From Amoebophrya sp. A120 (Eukaryota; Protista; Dinoflagellata), in assembly GCA_905178155.1 (NCBI GenBank), contig CAJINV010000005.1, forward strand, positions 5,287,038 to 5,351,037: DNA of 64,000 nt. Direction: 5' to 3'. The notes below the pieces were generated by a model. It had not been told where the DNA came from. It searched no databases and saw nothing but the letters and a program-made list of their open reading frames with translations. This document shows positions 51,082 to 62,904 of this stretch, in pieces. Both the position numbers and the translations under genes were made by a program. Numbering within the stretch: position 1 is the first letter of the stretch; each line of letters opens with the position of its first letter.

Positions 51082-54000
51082 ATGTACCTTGCTTCGGGGG
51101 AAAACGTAGACGCCAACTCGGATACTTCCGATTCGTCCGATGTGGAGGACAGCGAGGCAATCGCGGCGAGCCGGCGACTCCAGTCCGCGCCCCCGATGCA
51201 GTTCATGTACGAGAGAAGGTCGGAGTTTGAGTCCCCCCAAAACTTCCTATCAAATGAAAATATGTCTGGGTCTGGGAGATTCTGAAACTTACTTCTCATG
51301 CACGTTTCGCATGGGCCACGATGTCTGTGATGCATGCCGTAGCTTCACAGCTTTTTCGAGGGGTTCTTGATGCCTATTGCGCATGACAAATGCCCTAACC
51401 GCGTAGCAAAAATTGCATTCCCTTTGCTATTCATGCAATACAATTTTTTTTGGAATCCAAATGCAGCATCACAAGTTGCATTCTACTTCCAGGCCCAGAC
51501 ATTTTTGCATTTGATACTTTCGAACACCCGACGAAACGAAAAACAGCAGTTCTGGCGGGACGGCGTCTTCCCCTGGAACGAGCAAGATATGAATTGCAAA
51601 AGTATCGTATTCGTATTGCAATCATGCATTACAAATCCTTTTGTTAGGGTAAATCTGCATTACAAATGTTATTTCTCATGCTGAGGAAATTTGTAATGCA
51701 TTTATACGAGTGCGATACTTTTGCAGACGATACAAGAAGAAGAGCAACAATAATTCGCCGTCGAAAAAGAACAATCTGAGTAAAACGCCGCAAAGCGGCG
51801 GACCGACCGTAGGAGGCAATGGAAGTCGAGGTATAGCAGGTGTTTGGATTTCCAACCAGGAGTGAAGTGTTATGTTACGTCTATAAAAATCTTGATGGTG
51901 TATGTTCTTGTTCTAATATCACGATGCGACAAGTGCGAATGGTCTGGTGCAACCTACTGCAGGAAATGGAAATACAACATCGCATATAATTGAGCCGTCC
52001 TTTACTTCAAACTGCATATACAGGTGGAAATAACGGCCGGAAGCTGTCTACCCAGCACGAATCAGACGATGAAGATGAATCCGAACAGGAAGAGCTTGTC
52101 CGTCACACTGCACTATCAAATGCAAAAGTGTCTCGGTCTGGAAGAATGTAACTTGTGATGCTGCGTTTGGATGTCTAACAAATTTGTGTTGCGTGAGCAG
52201 CAAAAGGATTCTAATTTTTGCTACGCGGAGGGCATTCGTCATGCGGAATAGGCATCAAGTTTAAGAATCCCTCAAAAAACCTGTGATGCTATGGCATGCA
52301 TCACAGACATCACGGCTCATGCAAACCGTGCACGACAAGCACAAATCTCAGAATCTTCCAGACCCAGACACTTTTGCATTTCATATGCACCAATGACCTA
52401 TGCAAACCCCCAAAGGACAACCCCAAAGTCGTTTTCAGGTCATCTAGAAGGTGGCATCAATGCGGCGAGACAAAAAGCAAAATCGGAATATCGGCACCCA
52501 GGAGCTCCTGCAGGTGCCACCGCGGCCCAGGGAGGAGGTTCTTCTACACCGTCTTCGAAGAAAAACAAACAAAACGCGCAGAGTACGTCGTACCAGTTGA
52601 GCTCCCCGCCAAGACAAGACCGTGGGATCGTGTCTATGCCGTCCGAAGATCATGCTGGGGTGTATTCTCTCGACGGTCATGGAACAGCCGCTATCAAGAG
52701 AAAAAGTGTTAACGTTAACGGTTTTCACAGATAGCAGTCATGCGTCGCAAATGTAGCTCAATATGCATGCTATGCATGACAAATTTAGGCACGTTTTGTG
52801 ATGCATTTCTGCATAACGAATTTCGATAACGTTAACACTTTTTCCTGTGATAGCCGCGACCATGTCGATGCCACCCGGGATGATGATGAAGATGTCGAGA
52901 GCAGGTGGAGTTGCACAAGACAAGTCAACACCGAACAAGTCAACAGCTATAACTCCTACGTCCGGGAAAAAGAAGGTGAATCAAAAGCAAAGCACTAGCC
53001 CGGTCGTGACCAAAGCAGGCGCTGGAAGTGCGACAACTTCAAGTCCCTCTAAGATGGGCAACAAGAAGAACAACAAACAGCTGCAAGGAACTTATCCTGT
53101 GCAAAAGTATCGTACTCGGATAAATGCATTACAAATTTTCTCAGCATGAGAAATAAAATTTGTAATGCTGATTTGCCTTGACAAAGAAATTTGTAATGCA
53201 AGACCTGCATTTATACGAGTACGATACTTTTGCACAGCATAGAACTACACTGACGTCGATGCAGCCCACCAGCTACAACAGTGCAACAGTAACGTACTAG
53301 TATAAATTGCATTACAAATTGGCTCAGCATTACAAATTCAATTTGTAATGCTGATTTACCTTGAAAAAGAGTTTTGTCATGCATAAATGCAATTAGTACG
53401 AGTGCGATACTTTTGCACAGGATACCAGCTACAACAGTGCATCAACCGGGGCGGGCGAGAGGAAGGAATCGGACGAGAGCGTCGGTTATCCTGTGCAAAA
53501 GTATCGTACTCGTACTAATCGCATTCATGCATTACAAATGTCTTTCTGAACTCAAATCCGCATTACAAATTTTATTTCTCATGCTGAGGCAATTTGTCAT
53601 GCGATTTATACTAGTACGATGCTTTTGCATTTCATATCGGTTCGTTTCTCCGCCAAGAAAGCCGCCAGGATTCGGAGATCATCATTCCCGGGCGGAAAAT
53701 GTATTCCGAATTTTTCCCCGGCAGGGTAAAACCTGTGACGGAAGGGCACCCAAAACACCAGCAGCAGCTGACGAGGCAGCAGCGGGCGGAGCGACGACCA
53801 AGTAGGAAAGTCCCGGGGGAACCGGGAAAATTGAGTCCGGGAGGGAAGATAAAGATTAAACCAGGGGCGCAACATATCCCACGAAAAAACTGGTTCACCG
53901 TCGTGATGATCTTGCAAGATCTGCATCACAAGTTTCTTACACATAACACAGAAAATTTGCCATGCGCGCTTCCCAAGTGAAAACACGCGGAAAAATCCAG

Positions 54001-57000
54001 TGTCTTGCAGGTGTAGCAAGACAAATCGTTCTGTGCTCCATTCTCTGCATCGCAAGTTCACACGTGAAACAGTTTTTTCGTGCGATACAACAAGTCTCCT
54101 CTACAACGTCCAGCGACGTATCAAATGTAAAAATGTCTGGGTCTGGAAGAATGCAACTTGTGATGCTGAATTTGGATTCCAAAAAAATCTGTATTGCATA
54201 AGCAGCAAAGGGAGTGTAATTTTTGCTACGCGGAGAGGGCATTTGTCATGCGGAATAGGCATCGCGAGGCCCTCAAAAAATCTGCGATGCTAGGGCATGC
54301 ATCACAGACATCAGGAGTCATGCAAAACGTGCATGACAAACCTGGCAATCTTCCAGACCCAGACATTTTTACATTTGATACGACGACACGGCGAACCAAC
54401 GAGCCACAGTGGCGACGATGGGAGGTGGTCACGACCCGTATCCTGTGCAAAAGTATCGTACTCGTAGCAATCGCAGTCATGCATTGCAAATCTCCATCCC
54501 AAGGTAAAACAGCATGACAAATTCCATTTGTCATGCCGAGCTAATTTGTATTGCAATCACTACTAGTACGATACTTTTGCAGTTCATGACCCGAACAGGA
54601 GAACAACGATGGGCGGCGCGGTGAACAAATTCCGACAGCAACTAGAGGAGCAGCTGGGTAAAGTGAACAATGACGGGGAAAGCACAACCAAGTCGAAAAA
54701 ATCGACCGACAGCTTGTCCAGGACGGTTTCCGGTGCGAAGAAAAAATCGTCCGCTTCCCGGTCCACGCGGAACAACAGCCGTATGAAAGCCTCAGAATGG
54801 AAATCCTCAAAGTGGAAATGATTTATGATGCATGAAATGCGACGCAAAAAAGACTGTATTGCAGAGCACGCAATGGAGGCCGACTATTGTCCTGCTAGGG
54901 GTGAAGAATTGGAGTGCTGCTTTGCACGACAGAAGGGCACCCCCTTGCCTTAACCTGCATGACAAACATGCTGTAAGTGCCCGGAAAATTTGTCATGCGC
55001 CGACTACAAATGCCGCTTCAACTGGAGTCGTTTATTTGCATTACAAAGTATTTCCACTATTGAGGATTTCCAACCTGAGGCTGTCATAAGCCGGTTTTCC
55101 GATAACCCGCCACCCCCACCGGCTTTCCAGCCGCCGGTAGACATGGATCCGCCACTGTTCCGGATGAACTCGATAAACCCGACGGGAGTGGTGATTGCAC
55201 CGGGGGAATTGGATTATCCAGGTATAGTTGGAAACTTTTTAACGATGACAATGTAAAATTAAATACTTTTCGGGATGATCAAATTATGTCTTACCGGAAC
55301 AAGATTTTTTCCCCTCCTCGTTCGTGTTTGTGCTGTCCTCTGCTTCTGCATGTACACAAACCTTCCTCATTACACAAAAACGCATGCAAATACTTATTTA
55401 TCACCCTCTTTACGACAACAGCCACCTCGATTCCGACGGTCCTAGTGCCCATCGACATCGCGAACCAGCCAAAGGTGCTGATGCCCATCGATAATAACGG
55501 GACCTACACCGAAGCGGTCCCCGTGCTGATGTCCTCTGATTTCGCCACCCCCACGACCCTATGCAGTGCAAAAGTATCGTATTCGTACAAATGCAAGTCC
55601 TGCATTACAAATTTTTTTCTTAAGGTAAATCAGCATTACAGATTTTATTTCTCATGCTGGGGAAATTTGTAATGCAATTTGTACTACTACGATACTTTTG
55701 CAGTTCATAGACCCCCATCAATGCAGCGGCGTCCCCGTTCATCCCCCACACGACTATCAAATGCAAAAATGTCTGGGTCTGGGAGATTCCGAGATTTGTC
55801 ATGCAGTTGTTCCAAGCTCCCCCACGTCTGAAGTGCAGGGCCTAGCATCAGAGGTTCTGCAGCTCCTTGGTGATGTGTATTCTGCATGAGAAATGCCCGC
55901 TCAGCATCGCCAGAAGTGGGCACCTTTCGCACGTTATGCATCACAGGTCTTTGTGGGATCCAAAACACGCATCACAAGTTCGAATCCTTCGAGACCCAGA
56001 CATATTTGCACTTGATAACGACTGGCACCCCGCAATTGCTGCCGTTCGCCACGCCAACCAGTAGCGGTCCGCACGCGATCAACACTGGTGGAGGGACAAG
56101 TACTACTACTCCCGCGTTTTCGCTCGTGTCAGGAGGTGGAGGAATGAATGCCGCAGCAGCGGAGTTCACGCCGCAGAGTGGTGCGAACAATAATGCGATC
56201 CTGGGCAACGTGAATGCGAGTATGTTGAGCGGGGGTAACATGGACCTGCAAATGGACGACACATCAACCGCGAACATTACCGACGGCTCGGGCTGGGTTG
56301 CAAACAATACTAGTTTCAACTCTCAGAGTAAAACTGGCTCGGCGTACAACAACAATAAAGGTGGAAAAATGATGAACAGAAGCAGTGGCGGAAAGGGGAA
56401 TTACAACAATCAGAACGCCATGGGAGACGGCGGCCAACCAGGCAGCTGGATCAACAATAACAGCAACGACAACTACGGGAATAACTATTGGGGCGGTAAT
56501 GCAGCTAATCAGGACCAGCAGAGGGGCAGCGGAAACAACCAATACACGGCCTACAAGGGCAGTGGCAATTACGAGTACGACCCCAATGTTGACCCAGGGA
56601 GTTATAGTGCGTCTTACATGGAAACAAACAACCCGCAAGGTGGTCCGTTGAACACCAAGGGGACATCAACGACAAACGGGTACAACAATAGCTACGCTGC
56701 TGGTGGTATCCCCCAGAAAAAGACCGACAGGTCATATTTGTAATGCAAAAATAAATAGATAAAAAAATCTGTATTGCATGCCCTAAACAGGATGTTATGG
56801 CCTCGCCCATGACAGATTTTCCTGTGTATTTATTTTTGCATTACAAATATGACCTGTCGGTCTTTTTCTGTGGGATAGGTGGTGGTGCAACCTCTTCCTC
56901 ACAGCAGAACGCTGGAGCAGGTGGTGGCAAGAAGGGCTACAACTATTCCGGGCAGAAGCAGCCCCGGAACAAATACGGGCATTTGGTCGTGCAAAACCAA

Positions 57001-60000
57001 GACCAGCGGCAAAACCAAAACCTCCAGCGGGATACAACGTCGAGTGCAGACCTCAATGTATCCCACGAAAAAACTGTTTCACTGTGATGATTTTGCAAGA
57101 ATCGCATCACAAGTTGTTTGTGACACATGAGGACACAGAAAATGTGTCAGGCGCGTTTTTCCCATAGGGAAAAACACGGTTGGAACTCCAATGCTCTATG
57201 CAGGTGTAGCAAGACAAATCGCTCTGCGCTCCATTTTCTGCATCACAAGTTCACAGTGAAAGAGTTTTTTCTTGCGATACAATGCCGCGCAGATGTATTC
57301 GGTTTTTTCCCCGGGCACCGGCGGTTTATCCTACGTAAAAACGTCCCCACACCATAGTCAAGATGGGAAATCTGCAACATAAATCTCCAAGTTTTGGAAG
57401 TTCTGCATGACAAGTTTCCATCTGCAGTGTAGTGCTGGTTAGCCAGGAAAGCCGCATGAGAAAGCCATTTACTCATTCTGTTTACAGCATTACAAATTCC
57501 AAAACACGACTGGAAACGCCTCTCAAGGAGATGCGCGCTACAAATGTTCCTGTCATTGCACATTTGCATGACAACTCTGGGGTCCGCCTGCGCCTTCGGT
57601 GTCCGCCTGACCTACCCCCCCTGCGTGTCAAGCCATCTGCGGCCTGGGGCAGAGGGGGGGGGGCAAAGTGTGCTGCAATTCCTTTAGCATGACAACTCTG
57701 GGGTGGGGTCGTTTTTACACAGGATACGGCTTTCACCGGAGTTACTCGGCTTTCAACAAAAACCAGAAGGACTACGTCCAGGGAGCGGATGGGCAATACT
57801 ATCCGCAAAACAACTACATGGGAGGTGGTGGGGATGATGCCGGATCTTCATGGGGAGCCGGGTACCAGCATCCCCAGGGGAATTACAACGCGAACTGGTA
57901 TGGAGGGACCACGAACAGCAGCTACAACCAATACGGGAATCCAAATCAGCCGGGGCTGCACAACAAGGGTTACGGGAAACACCAGCAACAAGGTAAAAAC
58001 TACCCTGCGAGCAACCAGCTCGCAGTACCACCGTCGGCGGCGACCAAGCCACGCGCTTCCTCCTCGAGTTCAGCGACGACAGCGCAGCTGACGAACAAGC
58101 AGCTCTCCCACGGGACCGCGGACACACCCACAAGGCGGAGAAAACACCACGCACCGAAGCTGTCAAAAGCGAAAAAGCTGGAGCGGCTGGCTACGCATTG
58201 CAAAGCAAGTATCGTACTAGTAGTAATCGCATTACAAATTTGCCCGGCATGAGAAATGAAATCTGCCATGCTGTTTTGCCCTGGGACGTAGATTTGTAAT
58301 GCATGCTTGCGATAATTACTACCTACGAGTGCGATACTTTTGCACAGGATACTAGCGCACGTGGCGTGGCACGCAGAGGCGACGAGTATGGGGTGGCTAG
58401 ATGAGGACACCATGATATGAATTGCAAATGTGTCTGGGTCTCCTGGAAGCTGGTAACTTGTCATGGTAAATCTGAAGCATACAAAAATCTGTGTTGCATG
58501 ACTGCCAAAAGCAGCTCTTCACTTTCGACCAAGGTGGGAGGGAGTTTGTTCTCATGTAGGATAGGCATGATAGGGATCTCGTCACAGAATGTCTGTCATG
58601 CTAGGTCCCGCATCCCAGACCTCATGGGTCATGGAAAACCTGCATGACAAGTTTACGCTCTTCCAGACGACCCAGACATAATTTTTGCATTTGATACATG
58701 AAATTCGTGAAGCACGACGCGTTTCACGGCAGGTTATCGGCGCTAAGCGAAAATATGAACTGCAAAAGTATCGTACTCGTATAAATGCAAGTCTTGCATC
58801 ACAAATCTTGTTCCCAAGGCAAATCAGCATTACAAATTTCATTTCTCATGCTGAGGAAACTTGTGATGCATTTATACGAGTACGATACTTTTGCACAGCA
58901 TAGAAAATCACGTGCGGCAACATGGGGTATATATGCAAGAAAAAAACTGTGTAAGTGTAACTCTGTAATGCAGAACATGCAACAGAGCTACACCTGTCAT
59001 GCCAGACAGCCATGAAGTCCTCTGCTCAAGTGTGTTTTCCCTTACAAGCCACGCATGACAGGTTTTCTCTGCCATGTAGAGCAAATTTGTGATGCTGTTT
59101 CTCAAAGAAAGTTACACTTACACACTTTTTTTCCTGGATAGTATAGGATTTTGCGACTACAACCTAACAAGGATTGTCATTCGGTTTTTTCGTTCTGTTC
59201 CTCGCCAAGGGATGAAGCGGAACGAAATACTTAAATAATACAAAGTGTAGAAGTCGTGTTTTATTTGAGCTCCTCAGTACTAGAACTTGTTCGTGATGAA
59301 GAAAACGTCTGCAATTTGAATTTTAGTCACAGTGACTGCATTAAGACAAAAGCAAGACTACTAGTACAGCACAAATTATGGATGTGTCAGGATCGAAATC
59401 GACAAAATCGAAAAACTTGTGATGCGTAAAATGTAGAGCACTGAAGGCCTGTCTTGGGGCGCAGGCATATGAGGCCGATTGTAAGCCTGTTTAGGGGTAT
59501 GCAATGTGCTGCCAGAGTAGCATGGCCGGAGCAGTCTTCTTTGTCCAAACAGCATGACAGACTGCATTTGGGTGCTCCCGAAATTTGTCATGCGCCACTT
59601 GAAGACTGAGGCTCCAACTGACATCGATTTTGTGCATCACAAATTTTTCGATTTTGTCAATTTCGATTCTGACGCTCCCATACAAATTCAAAAAATTGAA
59701 ATTGTATCAGGTCCACCGCTACTGCGTATGCTGTGCAAAAGTATCGTACTCGTATAAATGCAGGTCTTGCATTACAAATTTCTTTGTCAAGGCAAATCCG
59801 CATTACAAATTTTATTTCTCATGCTGAAAAAATTTGTAATGCATTTATACGAGTACGATACTTTTGCAGTTCATACTGCGTCTCATTTCACCAAGTGCAC
59901 CACAAAGCTTTGAGTAATGCGGACGGAATATGGATTGCAAAAATGTCTGGGTCTGGAAGATGTCATGCTGTTTTTGCATGACGCAGAAGGTCTGGAATGG

Positions 60001-61703
60001 AAGCTCTAGCATCACAGATTTCGAGAAGGTTCTGCAATGCCTAATCCGCATGACAAATCCCCCACTTTGGTGACAAGAAGTGGGCATCTTTTGCTGCCTA
60101 TGCATGACAGATTTGTCTGTGTTGTGAACTGCGCATCACAAGTTCACATCCTTCCAGACCCAGACATTTTTACATTTGATACGGAATGGGCTTCGTGTTT
60201 TCCTCCTTGCTGCCCTGTACGAAGAATATCCAGAAAATCAAGTCGATTTTTCTGAACAAGAAGGGCCAGGTATAGTAAAAATAAATCGATCTGCTGAGCA
60301 GCGGTCGTGTATCCTCTGATTTTGCCAAACGATATGAACCGTAAATGCTGTGAGTCGTGCATGAGAAACACATTTTGAAGTGCATGGAAAAATGCATGAC
60401 AAATCATAATCAAATACTATGAACACCAGATCATGATCCGGCGAGAGAAGGAGCTCAACAAATGCATCATCCCGCTGGAAACGGACGACCCGAACGCACA
60501 CACCACCGCAGAAGGCCACGAAAAATCGAAGCACAGCGCAGCGATCGTCGACCACGAAACCAAATCCTCCTCCTCTGCGGACGGAGAAGATCATAGGAAA
60601 AACGCGCCCAGCACCTCGAGCGACACCGGAAGAGCCATCCCCTGGAAGGAAAACACGAGGCTGCACATGCAGATTGACCTGGACAACTACAAAGTGAGCT
60701 TTTGGCTCGAGGAAAAATACGAAGAAGATACGGACGAATACCACGCGACGGATGTGCCGGTGCCGGAGGATGCGGTATTATTTGATGCAATACAAATGTA
60801 TTTGATGCAATACATTGTATTGCATCAAATACAAACAGACAAATGGGATAACCATGTATTTGATGCAATACAAATTTGTTCGACGGACAAGTTGAAATTT
60901 ATACATACACATCAGATCACCGTCGATTACCGTTCCTACTTCGACCTAGAACAAGACGACCTGTCCCAGGGTTTTCTCACCATTGTGCTCAAATCCGCGG
61001 TATGCATTGCAAAAGCCTCGTACTAGTCTAAATTGCATCACAAATTTTGGCAAGAAGGTTAGTGGAATTTGTAATGCTGTTTTCCCTTATGAAAAACATT
61101 TGTCATGCATATTTGCAATTAGTACGAGTGCGATACTTTTGCAGTTCATACGCGGGCGCTGGTGCGAGATTTGTGTCGTACGACAACCTCACCCCCAAGC
61201 CGGAGTTGCCCGCCGACCCCCAGCACGACATCGAGGAGCTGACGACCCCGACGGTGTCCTCGAACTTGGGCAACAAAACGCCATCCGGGGCAGCGGGTGC
61301 AGAAAACAAGAAGAAGAAAACAAGACGGAACAAGAAGAAAAACGCGGCTGCGAATTCCGCCGGAAACTCACCAACGAACGGGGCGGTGAACAAGGATGAT
61401 GAGGACGAAAACACGAAACCGACGGATCACGCAACGTTTCTCGGCGAGGTCAGCGGGGAGGTGATTGAACAGTTGGAGGACAGATTATTGACGCAGTCGA
61501 AATCAACAAGGAAGAAGAAAACGACTTCTGCTGGTGGTGGTGGTCCAAAAACCGCTGGTGCTCCTGCAGCTGCCGGCTCAACCACGTCGTCCGTGTCAGT
61601 AAGCAAGTCTTCGCCAAGCAAAAAGCCCAGTGAGGCAGCTACCTTGTTGGACCAATCTCCCGGGAGTGGCAGCACTGCGGATTCTAGGACGGCGGACGCT
61701 TGA
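51082..61703 (+). CDS. Large low-complexity (N/G/Q/S/P-rich) hypothetical protein with a globular C-terminal domain; about 24 introners
   Basis: Exon fragments join in frame where checked. C-terminal domain FHGRLSALSENHVRQHGVHRYCVSF..ADGMGFVFSSLLPCTKNIQKIKSIFLNKKGQI resembles a motif I recall from dinoflagellate hypothetical proteins. Could be more than one gene. Confidence 0.6.
56707..56877. mobile_element. Single-copy introner with a ~50-bp TIR
   Basis: TATCCCCCAGAAAAAGACCGACAGGTCATATTTGTAATGCAAAAATAAATA and its near-exact complement; flanked by GGTGG/GGTGG. Confidence 0.85.
57584..57686. mobile_element. 103-bp GC-rich insert nested in family B introner 57327-57726
   Basis: Flanked by an 18-bp duplication GCATGACAACTCTGGGGT; absent from other family B copies. 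Confidence 0.8.
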
Positions 61704-62904
61704 TCTTCAGCTCTAGTACTTGTTCAATTATGTAGCGCGTCTGATCAACATCAAGAAGGAAATTTCTAAAAACGAAAGGTATTTTTTGCTAATATTAAAG
61801 TCGGAAGGTGTGATGTCGTGGCCGCCCAAGCCTATGCTATGCTCTCTATCTTCCCGACGAGGTGGACGACCTCTGCTTTATCTATTGTATTTGTGACTGA
61901 CACGAAGAGAAGAGCTCCGATTCTTCGCTTCTCCTGGCCGAGGTAGCAAGAGTTGAGGTGCTCGAACTGAAAACTCTCTAAATCAAACGCATTTTTTTCA
62001 TTTCAACGCGACACAGTGGTCTCAAGATGAACTGCGAAAACTTTTACGTGACTTTGTGATTTTCATCTCCTATGTGAAGCTTTCCGGCCTAACTTTTTCG
62101 AAACTTTTATACTTTTTGTGAGGACGAGAATGTCAAGGGTTGTTGAAAATGTGTACTGGTATTCTATTTCACGAAAGGGCTCTATAATAAGTCGAGTTCG
62201 ACTTTTTTCACTTTTTTGCTTTCAAGAGGTGATGAGTGTTTGTGTGTATCGCAAACATTATAGAAGAGATGATGTGGTAGATTCGATTAGGACTAGCAGG
62301 AGGGTGCAACAACATCAAGAGGTACAACTATAAATCGCATGAATCATGTATCTGACAGCTAAATCTGAGACTACGGTCCAAAAACCTGCTTCTTTTTGCG
62401 CGCATGAGGTTTGTTAAACATAATTTCACGCAACATATACTTCACTGGCTTTCCAAGAAAAAAAGCAATTGTGTGAGTGTGCCTCCTCCTTTCTGGAGGA
62501 ACGGAAGAGCAACCGACGCAAAGTCTGGCTTTGAAAAGACAAAAGCTCCATTAAAGTCGTGTTCAGATGATGCAACCTAACGTGTGAATTGTTTCTTCGT
62601 TGCCAGCGGAAGTGATACATAGATATGGCAAGGCCCGACGAGGATTTTTGTTGTTGATGCTGGCGGGCTCCCTAGTGTGTGAGACAACATGCAGATCCCC
62701 GACCTGTCTCACTCGTCCTTTCCCTACTTTTTGCCGCGCAACACAGACCACAGAGGCGGAGGCAATTAGAGGGCTTCATTTTAATATTGAGACGTGGCAA
62801 ATAGAAGAGCCATTGTTTACCAAGTTTAGGCTTTGTATTTGAAAAATTTGGACGTTTGAACATCGACGACGGCCATCATGATGTTTCTTCTCCGCAACAA
62901 AAAC

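Noticed and set aside
1485-61150. Ciliate-like TA-bounded IES (DNA elimination) interpretation
   Set aside because: The duplicated unit is a variable 5-mer outside the TA, and its asymmetric decay fits RNA splicing. It cannot be fully excluded without DNA reads showing excised alleles.
1659-61399. Many short ORFs sharing peptides such as [36 protein letters not shown] and YEYDTFAQD
   Set aside because: These are translations of introner TIRs in various frames, not a protein family.
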